A stretch of DNA of 61,078 nt, from positions 1 to 61,078 of IMG/VR virus record IMGVR_UViG_3300036979_000267, one strand, 5' to 3'. Under the pieces are notes generated by a model. The model ran no database searches. It was not told the origin of the DNA and worked only from the letters and a program-made list of their open reading frames with translations. The position numbers were made by a program, and so were the translations under genes. This stretch comes from a virus (Duplodnaviria; Caudoviricetes). Of the stretch, positions 29,109 to 37,705 are shown in pieces. Within the stretch, counting starts at the first letter, position 1; each line of letters starts with the position of its first letter.

Positions 29109-29183
29109 TCAGTCGTGGCCGGATTACTGGCCTACCGTCCCAGCGGGTTTATTGGGCAACTTGATTATTAGGAGTTTCATACC

Positions 29184-29870
29184 ATGGCTAAAAACCAAAA
29201 GTCTATCGATACCGTTATCGTCGCCACCCCTGCGGTCGTGACCCTTATCAATGCGGCCGGTAAAGCCGCGGGCACAATGTACAGCAAGACGCTAGAAGCA
29301 GCGAAGCTAGCATCCGCGGAGTTAAACGGGGCTAAGCCGATGGCCGAGCGTATTTCTGAGGTTGTCACCCGGTACGCTGATACATTTAAGGCTCTCAAGA
29401 CGAACGCGAACAACGTCAGGTCAATTTTCGTTGACGCCCTCACACTGCACGCATGTGCAGGCGACCAGGTGACGATTGTCGGAGCGGATAAGTCACAGCA
29501 AACATTGTCTGCATCCGCTGCCGTGGCCACACTGGCTAAGAACCCAATGAGGGAAGCAGCAAAGCAGGTAAGGGAAACACACGACATGGGCCGGAAAACA
29601 AAGCCGAAGGAAGTCATCATCAAACCCGCTATTGATACCGCAGGGCTTCAACGCGAAACGCTGGCCGAAGTTGCCGATCATATGGCAAGCCCTGATTTCG
29701 TGGCAAAACTTGTCGCCCTGATGGATGTCGCCGGATACATTCTGCAGGCAAAGGCGAAGCTAGCAAATCAGGCGCCCGCGAAGCCCGCGAAGCCAGCAAA
29801 GCTCGTGACCATGGCAAGCCTACCGGTTCACCGGGTAACTGGTGCCGTGAACCTGCCCGCGCCACTGTAA
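29184..29870 (+). CDS. First early protein, Ala/Lys-rich hypothetical
   Basis: 228-aa ORF with AGGAG RBS. Confidence 0.75.
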   Translation: MAKNQKSIDTVIVATPAVVTLINAAGKAAGTMYSKTLEAAKLASAELNGAKPMAERISEVVTRYADTFKALKTNANNVRSIFVDALTLHACAGDQVTIVGADKSQQTLSASAAVATLAKNPMREAAKQVRETHDMGRKTKPKEVIIKPAIDTAGLQRETLAEVADHMASPDFVAKLVALMDVAGYILQAKAKLANQAPAKPAKPAKLVTMASLPVHRVTGAVNLPAPL

Positions 29871-30063
29871 TAACCCAGAGCCCCCATGGGGGCTCGCACT
29901 GGAGAATCTATTATGCTTATCAATTCCACATCCCGAACATACTGGTTTTTAGTCTGCCCATTGTCCCGCGTGGGAGTGTTGCGAGTGTATGCGGCACGTG
30001 TCGAACAGGACTACACGACGTGGGTTCACGTGCTCCCATGCTGGGCACCAGCACCCTAACCCC

Positions 30064-30091
30064 AAGGCCCCACACGGGGCCTTTTATTTTT
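30064..30091 (+). terminator. Rho-independent terminator
   Basis: AAGGCCCC-ACAC-GGGGCCTT followed by TTATTTTT. Confidence 0.8.
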
Positions 30092-30702
30092 CCCAAGGGG
30101 TAACTACTATCACCTCGCTCTGGCCGCTCTGCGGCCTTTCGGCCTTCCCACTACTGTCATGCGACGGGGCCTTCCCACTACTGTCATGGATCGGCGCGGG
30201 GCTGGGCGGCTAATCCCGCGGGATTAGGTACGGTAGTTGCCACGTACACAGAGATAAGAGGGACAGAAATCTAAGAATTAACTAATTAGCGCCCACAAAA
30301 AATCGTAGCGTGGCGAAGCCCCTGTTTATGCGGGTTTCGACGACTAATTCGTTTCTGTCTCGGGTAACGTGGTTGGCACAGAGTACGATAGATATTTGAA
30401 TGCGTAAGTGCTTGATTCCATTGGGTTTTCTACCGACCGGCATATGGAGTAGTTATATATAGTTTTTATTTCATTTAATCATCATTTCTAAAGAGTCGTG
30501 TGGCAAAATGTTTTCCCCTGACCCCCTCCAAATTGCGATCCCCAAATACTCCTTCCACGGTGACTCTCTTGGGCGGATTTCCAATCTAATTAACTACCGC
30601 TTCGTAACTACATGATTCCAAAGAATAAAGTCGTAGATGGCCCAATAATATAATGAACTAAGGTGTATAATTTCCCCACCTAAAACCAACTAAGGAACCC
30701 CG

Positions 30703-31563
30703 ATGACCAAATTTATCAATGACCTGCCTGAGTTAGAAGCCACGTATCTGCACGAGCAGCTCAAGTACGACCCCGAGACTGGCGCGCTGGTGTGGATCGT
30801 CAAGCGCCAAGGCGTTACCTGTGGGGCTGTTGCTGGGCTGCGTCGCTACGAAGGTGACTCCATCCACATCGGCCTTCGTAAATTCCAGTACCCTGCCGAG
30901 CTACTCGTGTGGGTAATGCGCCGGGGCTCGTGGCCTTCGCACATACCGTACCACATGGACCAAAACCGAAGTAATAATCTAATTGCGAATCTGGCGCTGC
31001 CCGTGGGCGCGCACCAGATAAAACCCCCACGCCAAAGGCGCATGCAGGTCGTGCTGGCACGGCTAGACGCAACCCCTGTCCCCGACACCTTTGCCGCCGC
31101 CCTTGCACCCACCATCAGCCTCGACCTTGCACGGTTAGGCACGACAGCCCCTGCCGACGCCTTTGCCCCAGACACCAAGCGGAACAACCGGGGGCGCAAG
31201 CACGCGCTGGTATCCATTCGACTACCCGCCAAGGCGCCGGAGCCCACTGCGCTGGAGGCCATGCAGTCGCTAATAATAAAGGCGCGCGTCGAACTGGCAC
31301 ACGAGCAGGGCAACCCCCCGGACATGAGCCCAGCACCGGAGAACATCGCAGGGCGCGCCGCCGTGATCGAGTACACCCGCAAGCTGGCCAGCTTGGAGGA
31401 GCGCATCCGCGGTATGCAACGCAAGATCGCCACCATGGAGGAGCAGGACGCCCAGAACCCCATGACCTCAGACACGGCCACACACCAGCCCATCAAAGGG
31501 TTGTCCACACTGCAGGGCCTGTTCGCCAAAGCCCTTGGAGGCACACCCCACAAAATCACGTGA
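30703..31563 (+). CDS. Degenerate HNH-like N-terminus fused to a coiled-coil C-terminus
   Basis: LKYDPETGALVW...AG...YHMDQNRSNNLIANL resembles ORF 37751; TAAGGA RBS. Confidence 0.65.
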   Translation: MTKFINDLPELEATYLHEQLKYDPETGALVWIVKRQGVTCGAVAGLRRYEGDSIHIGLRKFQYPAELLVWVMRRGSWPSHIPYHMDQNRSNNLIANLALPVGAHQIKPPRQRRMQVVLARLDATPVPDTFAAALAPTISLDLARLGTTAPADAFAPDTKRNNRGRKHALVSIRLPAKAPEPTALEAMQSLIIKARVELAHEQGNPPDMSPAPENIAGRAAVIEYTRKLASLEERIRGMQRKIATMEEQDAQNPMTSDTATHQPIKGLSTLQGLFAKALGGTPHKIT

Positions 31564-31574
31564 ACCACTACCTA

Positions 31575-31603
31575 TTGACAAGTACCCCAAAACCTGTTAC
31601 AAT
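31575..31603 (+). promoter_or_regulatory. Near-consensus sigma70 promoter
   Basis: TTGACA-17 nt-TACAAT with TGn extension. Confidence 0.8.
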
Positions 31604-31710
31604 ATACCCAGTGAGTCAGAAAGCGTCTAGGTTTTCACTCACTGCCCCTCGCTTAATCCCGCGGGATTAGGTTCTCAACTTGTTACTTTGTTCTTATTAG
31701 GAGATTCGCT

Positions 31711-32040
31711 ATGTCCAACCACGTATTCAACGAACTCAACGCGTTCAACGCACTCAACGCACTCCATGAGGAGCGGGCATTGCTCCAGGCGGAGTTGGCC
31801 TTACTACGAGAGGACAACGCAGCCCTCAATGCTGCACTGCAGGACTACACCGCACCCCGCACCGTGGGCCAGCTTCTCGACGACCTCGACCACTACCCGA
31901 CCTGCGAACTTATGGCGGCCCTGCACGGCGCGGTGCTGCACTCCAACGGCCTCGACTTTTGTGAGCGTGACACCATGCTGGAACTGGCCGCCATGCTGCG
32001 CATGGAAGCTGTGCGCCGGGGCAGCACAGCCGCTCTCTAA
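31711..32040 (+). CDS. Hypothetical early protein
   Basis: AGGAG RBS; stop TAA is the first triplet of a palindrome copy. Confidence 0.7.
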   Translation: MSNHVFNELNAFNALNALHEERALLQAELALLREDNAALNAALQDYTAPRTVGQLLDDLDHYPTCELMAALHGAVLHSNGLDFCERDTMLELAAMLRMEAVRRGSTAAL

Positions 32041-32089
32041 TCCCACGGGATTACGGTATTCTCATTCACTTAATTACTTAGGATTTCAT

Positions 32090-32248
32090 ATGCCTCTCTT
32101 CAACACATTTCGCAAGGGTCTCCAGCTCTTCATGATCTACACCCGCGACGGTCACCCCGTCGGTATGCTGTGGGCCGGTTCATCGGAAGCAGCCAAGGGT
32201 CGTGCCGACCGGCTCGGTGGCGCAGGCTCCACAGTGGAAAGGGCGTAA
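32090..32248 (+). CDS. Small hypothetical early protein
   Basis: MPLFNTFRKG... with AGGA RBS. Confidence 0.55.
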   Translation: MPLFNTFRKGLQLFMIYTRDGHPVGMLWAGSSEAAKGRADRLGGAGSTVERA

Positions 32249-32252
32249 CACC

Positions 32253-32510
32253 ATGGCCGCACAACTCTGGGCAACAGTCAACGGGACACTGCACGAGGCC
32301 AAGGCCGCGCCACTGTGGTGGCAGGATGCGTGCCTGTCACAGACCGCGTCGGGGTACGGCGACAAGCTGACCACACGCTACATGGTACTGCTGGACAAGC
32401 GGTGGCGCCGCATCTATTGCTACCAGCACAGCAACATCGGCACGCTGTTCATCGGCAAGAGCGTGGCCAAGGGCACCATCGTCACTTACATCGGCACGGA
32501 GGCACCATGA
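32253..32510 (+). CDS. Hypothetical early protein
   Basis: TASGYGDKLTTRYMV...WRRIYC...SNIGT pattern, which I recognise from other phage early proteins. Confidence 0.65.
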   Translation: MAAQLWATVNGTLHEAKAAPLWWQDACLSQTASGYGDKLTTRYMVLLDKRWRRIYCYQHSNIGTLFIGKSVAKGTIVTYIGTEAP

Positions 32511-32800
32511 TCGCCAAAACCATTCCCCCTAATCCCACGGGATTAGCTTTCACCGAGACCAAGCTGCTGCTGCCTGCGCACTGGGCATGCGCATTGATCA
32601 ACGGGGATTACACGGGCTTCGACATCACACCCAGTGACGCCCACGAGATCAGCATTATTTGTGAGGTTCAACGGCTCTACGGTTCCTGCGTTGCCGCCTC
32701 TGACTACCCCGAGTTCGCATGGACTCACGACGCGACAGCCGACGGCGTACTGGCCGCTGACTGCCTGACATTCACATTCATCGAGCAGCATCATGACTAA
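32507..32800 (+). CDS. Hypothetical early protein
   Basis: LPAHWACALINGDYTG motif; GGAGG RBS; contains a palindrome copy (NPTGL). Confidence 0.65.
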   Translation: MIAKTIPPNPTGLAFTETKLLLPAHWACALINGDYTGFDITPSDAHEISIICEVQRLYGSCVAASDYPEFAWTHDATADGVLAADCLTFTFIEQHHD

Positions 32801-33380
32801 AACAAATTCAGAAGTGGCGCAAGCCTTTGTGTCCGGCGGCGAAGCCTGCAAGGGCAGCAACACGTTGTACGACCGCATGGAGCTCCCACGCATTCCGTTA
32901 GTGGTGCGGACATTCACATCGTATTCCACGCTGGTGGCGGTGATCGCCGAGGGCACGCTATGGTGGAATGACTACCGCTCCAATTCTACGCAACGACAAC
33001 TCAGCTACATGCATGCCGCATGGCGGACCGCGAGCGTCGGCACGGATGCTCTGAGCATGTGTGTGGAGCGTCCGCTAGAGGGGGCATCGGACAGCAACGT
33101 GTGCAGCTACGTGGTGAAGGCCGAGGACACCCTGCAAAAACTCCTGAAGCCGCGCATCCGAAACACGACCAAGGCAAACCACTGGGGCGAATTCTTGTCG
33201 CTGGTGGACCGCACCGAGCTACTGCTGACCCTGCCCTGCTACTCGTCGGCGCCAAGCAAAACTGTCATGAAACGCCTGGACACCCTGCGCCGCATCCGCG
33301 ACTCGAACGCCTCTAATCCCGTGGGATTAGACCGCGTCATCACCAATGTACGTGCGATACACGCACTGGAAGGAAAGTAA
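32793..33380 (+). CDS. Hypothetical early protein
   Basis: 195-aa ORF (SYSTLVA...SNSTQRQLS); contains a palindrome copy (NPVGL). Confidence 0.65.
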   Translation: MTKTNSEVAQAFVSGGEACKGSNTLYDRMELPRIPLVVRTFTSYSTLVAVIAEGTLWWNDYRSNSTQRQLSYMHAAWRTASVGTDALSMCVERPLEGASDSNVCSYVVKAEDTLQKLLKPRIRNTTKANHWGEFLSLVDRTELLLTLPCYSSAPSKTVMKRLDTLRRIRDSNASNPVGLDRVITNVRAIHALEGK

Positions 33381-33381
33381 T

Positions 33382-33579
33382 ATGGACTTCAATATCACCA
33401 TCACCGAGATCGCCCTGATCATCTGGGGCGTCATCGCATCAGGCATAGCCCACCACCAGTACAACCAGCACCTCGAAGCGGCACGGCTCATCTACCGCCT
33501 GCTCGGCGACGAGTTCCTGCGGGACCAGATGGTGCAGGCTCACGCCCGGTTCCACGCGGCGCAAGGAGAAGAGAAATGA
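33382..33579 (+). CDS. Small membrane protein
   Basis: Single TM segment; AAGGA RBS. Confidence 0.55.
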   Translation: MDFNITITEIALIIWGVIASGIAHHQYNQHLEAARLIYRLLGDEFLRDQMVQAHARFHAAQGEEK

Positions 33580-33893
33580 AAGTCAAAGTAAACGAAGCAG
33601 TCGGCCCTGTGCTGAACTGGATGGTGGGTTGCGCACTGGACGAGTACAGCCCAAGCGCAGTACCTGAATATTCAACCGACTGGGCACAAGGCGGGCCGAT
33701 CATTGAGTGGGAGAAGATTGATCTGTACCAGTCCACTGGACGCACCTGTGCCGCGATGTGGGAGAACCTACCCGGAGGTGGAAGGCTGATCGCAGAGGCT
33801 AAAGACTGCCCCACCCCATTGATCGCGGGCATGCGCTGCTACGTTTCTTCCCGCTTAGGCGACACCGTAGAGGTTCCAGATGAGCTGGCCTAA
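33576..33893 (+). CDS. NinX/DUF2591-like phage protein
   Basis: LNWMVG..., YSTDWAQGGPIIE and TPLIAGMRCYV...LGD.VEVPDEL motifs. Confidence 0.75.
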   Translation: MKVKVNEAVGPVLNWMVGCALDEYSPSAVPEYSTDWAQGGPIIEWEKIDLYQSTGRTCAAMWENLPGGGRLIAEAKDCPTPLIAGMRCYVSSRLGDTVEVPDELA

Positions 33894-34386
33894 GACACCC
33901 ACTAAGCACGGCCATGCAACACGGGCAAAGGGAATTAGCCCTACATACCGGACTTGGCAGGCCATGAATACCCGCTGCACAAATGTTTCGGTCAAGTCCT
34001 ACGAAGACTACGGTGCACGGGGCATATCAGTGTACGCAGGGTGGCTCGTGTTCGAGAACTTTTTTGCCGACATGGGCGAGAAGCCTGCAGGCACAACGCT
34101 TGAGCGCATCGACAACGAGAAAGGCTACGGACCTGACAACTGCAAGTGGGCGACCAAGACGGAGCAAGCACGAAACACTCGGGCTAACAAGTTCGTCAAC
34201 TACAAAGGAAAACGTATGACGCAAGCTGAATTCGGAGAAGTCATTGGGCATAACCAATCTACAGTCAGCTACCGACTACGTGCTGGCTGGACACCTGAGC
34301 AAGTAGCCAACACACCAGCACATACAGGGAACCGTGTGGTGTCCAAGTTGGGCGAGGAAGTGGAGGTGCCTGATGAACTCGTCTAA
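33880..34386 (+). CDS. Free-standing HNH homing endonuclease
   Basis: TYRTWQAMNTRC...YGARGI...FFADMGEKP.GTTLERIDNEKGYGPDNCKWAT..EQARN. Confidence 0.88.
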   Translation: MSWPKTPTKHGHATRAKGISPTYRTWQAMNTRCTNVSVKSYEDYGARGISVYAGWLVFENFFADMGEKPAGTTLERIDNEKGYGPDNCKWATKTEQARNTRANKFVNYKGKRMTQAEFGEVIGHNQSTVSYRLRAGWTPEQVANTPAHTGNRVVSKLGEEVEVPDELV

Positions 34387-34630
34387 AACTCCGCCCAAGA
34401 AACTCGTTGGGGACTTCAAAACGCTGCGGGAAACACGTGACGAGGCCAACAGGCTGGTGATAAACGTCACGTCACACCCCGAGGCCACACAGGAGCAGAT
34501 ACTGCGGGCACGGGATAGCGGCCTGCGTATCGGCGCACGATACAAAGAGATTCGGGCCGATCTTCGGGAGATTTACCCAAACCAAAGTTACTGGCGGACT
34601 TACCCATGGAATGATAAGGAGGAATCATGA
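34373..34630 (+). CDS. Hypothetical protein
   Basis: GGAGG RBS; overlaps the HNH stop. Confidence 0.55.
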   Translation: MNSSKTPPKKLVGDFKTLRETRDEANRLVINVTSHPEATQEQILRARDSGLRIGARYKEIRADLREIYPNQSYWRTYPWNDKEES

Positions 34631-35232
34631 GCGACACATACAGAACGGATACCCGAGAGGCGCCATGCGGTACGCGATACCGCGTGGACTGGGAGTACGA
34701 CAACGACTACGGTATGCCGGAGAAGGAGTCCGATGGGCATGGGGTAGTTGTGGAGTTGGTTGAGGACCCAGCGGACTACATGGATCAGTTCGACGAAGAC
34801 GACGATCCCGACATGGAAGAGGTCATCCGGCACAAGATGATGCGGCGCTTGTCGGGGTATCACCACACACATAGACACGGGCAGGTGAAGTATTACGACG
34901 TGTGGGAAACACGGAAGAGGGCCGCGGCCGAGGGCTGGGGGGTCGATAATCCCATGGGATTAAGCCCCGAGGAGATCATCGACGCGGCCATTGATGCGGA
35001 CTTCAAGTACCTGCGTGGTTGGTACAACGACAACTGGCACTGGTGCGGCATCACGGTGACCCTGCTGGCCGAGGACGAGGATGGCGACGACGAGGATACC
35101 GAGTGGGATAGCAGTCTATGGGGGGTCAACTCCGAGGACGATGCGCACCACGAGGAAGTTATTGCCGAGTTGCTGGCGGATGTGCTAGGTCGCCGAGCCG
35201 AAGCAACAACTGTCATAACCGCTACCGCTTGA
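34627..35232 (+). CDS. Acidic hypothetical protein
   Basis: 201 aa, Asp/Glu-rich, YLRGWYNDNWHWCG...SLWG; contains a palindrome copy (NPMGL). Confidence 0.7.
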   Translation: MSDTYRTDTREAPCGTRYRVDWEYDNDYGMPEKESDGHGVVVELVEDPADYMDQFDEDDDPDMEEVIRHKMMRRLSGYHHTHRHGQVKYYDVWETRKRAAAEGWGVDNPMGLSPEEIIDAAIDADFKYLRGWYNDNWHWCGITVTLLAEDEDGDDEDTEWDSSLWGVNSEDDAHHEEVIAELLADVLGRRAEATTVITATA

Positions 35233-35276
35233 CTATTCATGTACAATACGGACTTAACAAACTGTAAAGGATTTTT

Positions 35277-35885
35277 ATGTACAACCCAACAATAGCACCG
35301 CTCACTGCACGCGACCTAGAAATGTATGAGTTGCTGCTCGCGGGCACTACCTTAGCGGACACGGGGCGCAAATACGGGGTGAGCCGACAGCGAGTGAAGC
35401 AGGTGGTAAACAAACTATCCGCATGGGGCAAGCCGACAAACGCAAAAGCAGTACGCGATGCATCTAAGCATGCGGGGTACTTAGAGCAGAAAGTTTCCAA
35501 GTTTGGAGCGTCGTACTCTGAGATTGCAGCGAGCCCAGAACTACTAGCCCTTCTAAAAAAGCGGATAACACTGAAACGCAACCACGCGATGCAGAACGGG
35601 GTACCTTTTGACCTTACGATATCTGATCTATACCCGCTACCAGAAGTATGCCCTGTACTAGGTATACCGATTCACTACGGGACAGGCCACACGGGGGCTG
35701 CGGACAACGCTATGTCGATAGACCGGATTGATCCCAGCAAGGGCTATGTCCGAGGGAATATACAACTAATGTCGATGCGCGCCAACCGCATAAAGAACAA
35801 CGCAACCCCGGACGAATTGCGGCGGGTAGCGGACTTCTACGCCCTCTGCGCTTTACATTCGGAAAAAGTACCGCTTGACAAATAG
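35277..35885 (+). CDS. HTH plus HNH-like endonuclease
   Basis: N-terminal TLADTGRKYGVSRQRVKQ HTH; C-terminal CPVLGIPI...SIDRIDPSKGYVRGNIQLMSMRANRIKN. Confidence 0.8.
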   Translation: MYNPTIAPLTARDLEMYELLLAGTTLADTGRKYGVSRQRVKQVVNKLSAWGKPTNAKAVRDASKHAGYLEQKVSKFGASYSEIAASPELLALLKKRITLKRNHAMQNGVPFDLTISDLYPLPEVCPVLGIPIHYGTGHTGAADNAMSIDRIDPSKGYVRGNIQLMSMRANRIKNNATPDELRRVADFYALCALHSEKVPLDK

Positions 35886-35902
35886 TTTGTTTCTGCTATA
35901 AT
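35875..35902 (+). promoter_or_regulatory. Consensus sigma70 promoter
   Basis: TTGACA-16 nt-TATAAT with TGn extension. Confidence 0.8.
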
Positions 35903-35980
35903 AGAGTCTCAGGTGGTAATTCACCTGTGTTTTTTCTTATTAACTTGTTAGCTAATCCCACGGGATTAAGAAAGTACCTC

Positions 35981-36217
35981 ATGAAATCGATTGTAGTTCT
36001 GACCAACGGATGGGTGTTTTGCGGGACCTATGTTCCAGGGACCAAAGTAGCCCGTATCGACGACGCGGCATGTGTGCGCCGCTGGGGCACCACTGCCGGA
36101 TTGGGCCAGCTTGCCCTGGAAGGGCCGACCAAGGAAACGGAACTCGACCCCTGTGGAACGGTGTTGCTGACCCAACCCGCTGCGGTACTGTTCGTAATAC
36201 CGGCACCCGCGCTGTAA
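35981..36217 (+). CDS. Small conserved phage protein (GWVF.G...RRW....GL..LA..G type)
   Basis: 78 aa; start follows palindrome plus AAGAAAG. Confidence 0.7.
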   Translation: MKSIVVLTNGWVFCGTYVPGTKVARIDDAACVRRWGTTAGLGQLALEGPTKETELDPCGTVLLTQPAAVLFVIPAPAL

Positions 36218-36218
36218 C

Positions 36219-36536
36219 GTGTCTAATATAGATGGCAACGGCTACGGCAACGGCAACGGCTACGGCAGCGGCTACGGCTACGGCGACGGCTACGGCTACG
36301 GCGACGGCGACGGCGACGGCAGCGGCGACGGCAACGGCAACGGCGACGGCGACGGCAACAGCCACGGCAACGGCAACGGCAACGGCAGCGGCTACGGCAA
36401 CGGCAAAGGCGGCGGCTACGGCAAAGGCTACGGCAACGGCAACGGCAACGGCAACGGCATACAACCCTTCGTGGTCTCGGATTACACCGGCGACAGCATG
36501 GCATCGGCTGTGCTGGTTTCACAACTTGTTACCTAA
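36219..36536 (+). CDS. Gly-X repeat protein (GNGYGDGSG...)
   Basis: GTG start; about 35 GGC-NAC/AGC hexamers; stop inside a palindrome copy. Confidence 0.6.
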   Translation: MSNIDGNGYGNGNGYGSGYGYGDGYGYGDGDGDGSGDGNGNGDGDGNSHGNGNGNGSGYGNGKGGGYGKGYGNGNGNGNGIQPFVVSDYTGDSMASAVLVSQLVT

Positions 36537-36560
36537 TCCCACGGGATTAAGAAAGTATTT

Positions 36561-37439
36561 ATGTCAATCAAAAACAATTCACTGATCGTGTCTCTTACGG
36601 TGCGTAAGCCCCAGTTGTCGGCTAAAGACGACAAGGCTACGTTCGACGCCGAGGTGGCCAACAACGCCGCTGGTGCGGGCAAGTACACCAAGGACTTGTA
36701 CCCCAAGAGCCTGATCGCCCCCATCATTGCCGTCGAGTCGGCGGCCCGGGCATACATTGAGCGCAACACGTACCCATGGGGTAGGAGCCGGGGCTCTGAC
36801 CTGCTGCCCATGACCAAGTTCATGGGCTTCACCAGCCGTGTCGGCGAGTTCGAGATTCAGTTCTCGCAGGCTGTGACGGTGTTCCTGAACAACTGGACCA
36901 ACGTGATGATCGAAGCGCAGCGCAGGCAGGGAGCACTCTTTGATGCGGCTGCGTACCCAGACGTGAGCGACCTCAAGGCCCAGTTCGCCTTCGAGATCAG
37001 CTACCTGCCAGTCACGGACATGAGCGACTTTCGTGTGGCGGCCAGCGAGGCAGAGACCGACATTCTCAAGGCGTCCGTGGAGCGTGATGTGCTGCGTGCC
37101 CAAGAGGCGCTGATTGAGGCGCCCCTGCAGCGACTGCGTGATGCCGTCGAGAAGCTGGCCACGGTGACTGGCGCGAGCCGCACCAAGGTCAACAAGAAGA
37201 CTGGCGAGACCGAGATGGTGGCTCCCATCTTCCGCGACACCCTGATCGACAACCTGCTGCACGAGGTGTCCATGATCGCCGAGTTTGCAGACCTGCTGCC
37301 CGACAACGTCAAGGCTGTGGCTGCGCAGGCCAAAGACATTGCACCGCATCCTGACGCGCTGCGTGTGGACCCGGACCTTCGCACCAAGACGCACGCTGCG
37401 TCGAAGGCACTGCTGGCCGCTATCGGGGAGATGATGTGA
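36561..37439 (+). CDS. DUF3150-like conserved phage protein
   Basis: TYPW...LLP...F, LFDAAAYP...F.F.....PV....DFRV and IFRDTL motifs; usual partner of AAA/VWA genes. Confidence 0.65.
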   Translation: MSIKNNSLIVSLTVRKPQLSAKDDKATFDAEVANNAAGAGKYTKDLYPKSLIAPIIAVESAARAYIERNTYPWGRSRGSDLLPMTKFMGFTSRVGEFEIQFSQAVTVFLNNWTNVMIEAQRRQGALFDAAAYPDVSDLKAQFAFEISYLPVTDMSDFRVAASEAETDILKASVERDVLRAQEALIEAPLQRLRDAVEKLATVTGASRTKVNKKTGETEMVAPIFRDTLIDNLLHEVSMIAEFADLLPDNVKAVAAQAKDIAPHPDALRVDPDLRTKTHAASKALLAAIGEMM

Positions 37440-37705
37440 TGGCAACTAAAGCTGCGGACAAACCGCTGATCGACCCGAACGACCCCATGGTTGTCGTGAG
37501 CAACAACGGATTTGCGTCCCTGATGCTGCCCATGAGCAAGGCCAAGGAATTGGTGACGCTCGTGATGTTTGCGGAGAAGGTCGAGTGGGACTACACTCCG
37601 AAGACTTGGAGGCCCTCGGGCTATGAAAACAACTGCGAGATCAAGCAGGTGTCGCTGGCGCAGTATGTTGCGTACCAGATGGCAAAGGCTGAGAAGCAAA
37701 CCTAA
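37436..37705 (+). CDS. Hypothetical protein
   Basis: 89-aa ORF; stop inside a palindrome copy. Confidence 0.6.
   Translation: MMATKAADKPLIDPNDPMVVVSNNGFASLMLPMSKAKELVTLVMFAEKVEWDYTPKTWRPSGYENNCEIKQVSLAQYVAYQMAKAEKQT

Noticed and set aside
29878-29895. GAGCCCCCATGGGGGCTC perfect palindrome after the first early gene
   Set aside because: Single copy with no U-tract. It shares only the CCCATGGG core with the family, so it was counted neither as a family member nor as a terminator.
36232-36585. (Ala-Thr)n ORF and the reverse-strand (Val-Ala)n and (Cys-Arg)n ORFs
   Set aside because: By-products of the GGCNAC repeat; the Gly-X frame fits operon spacing and the pattern of variation.
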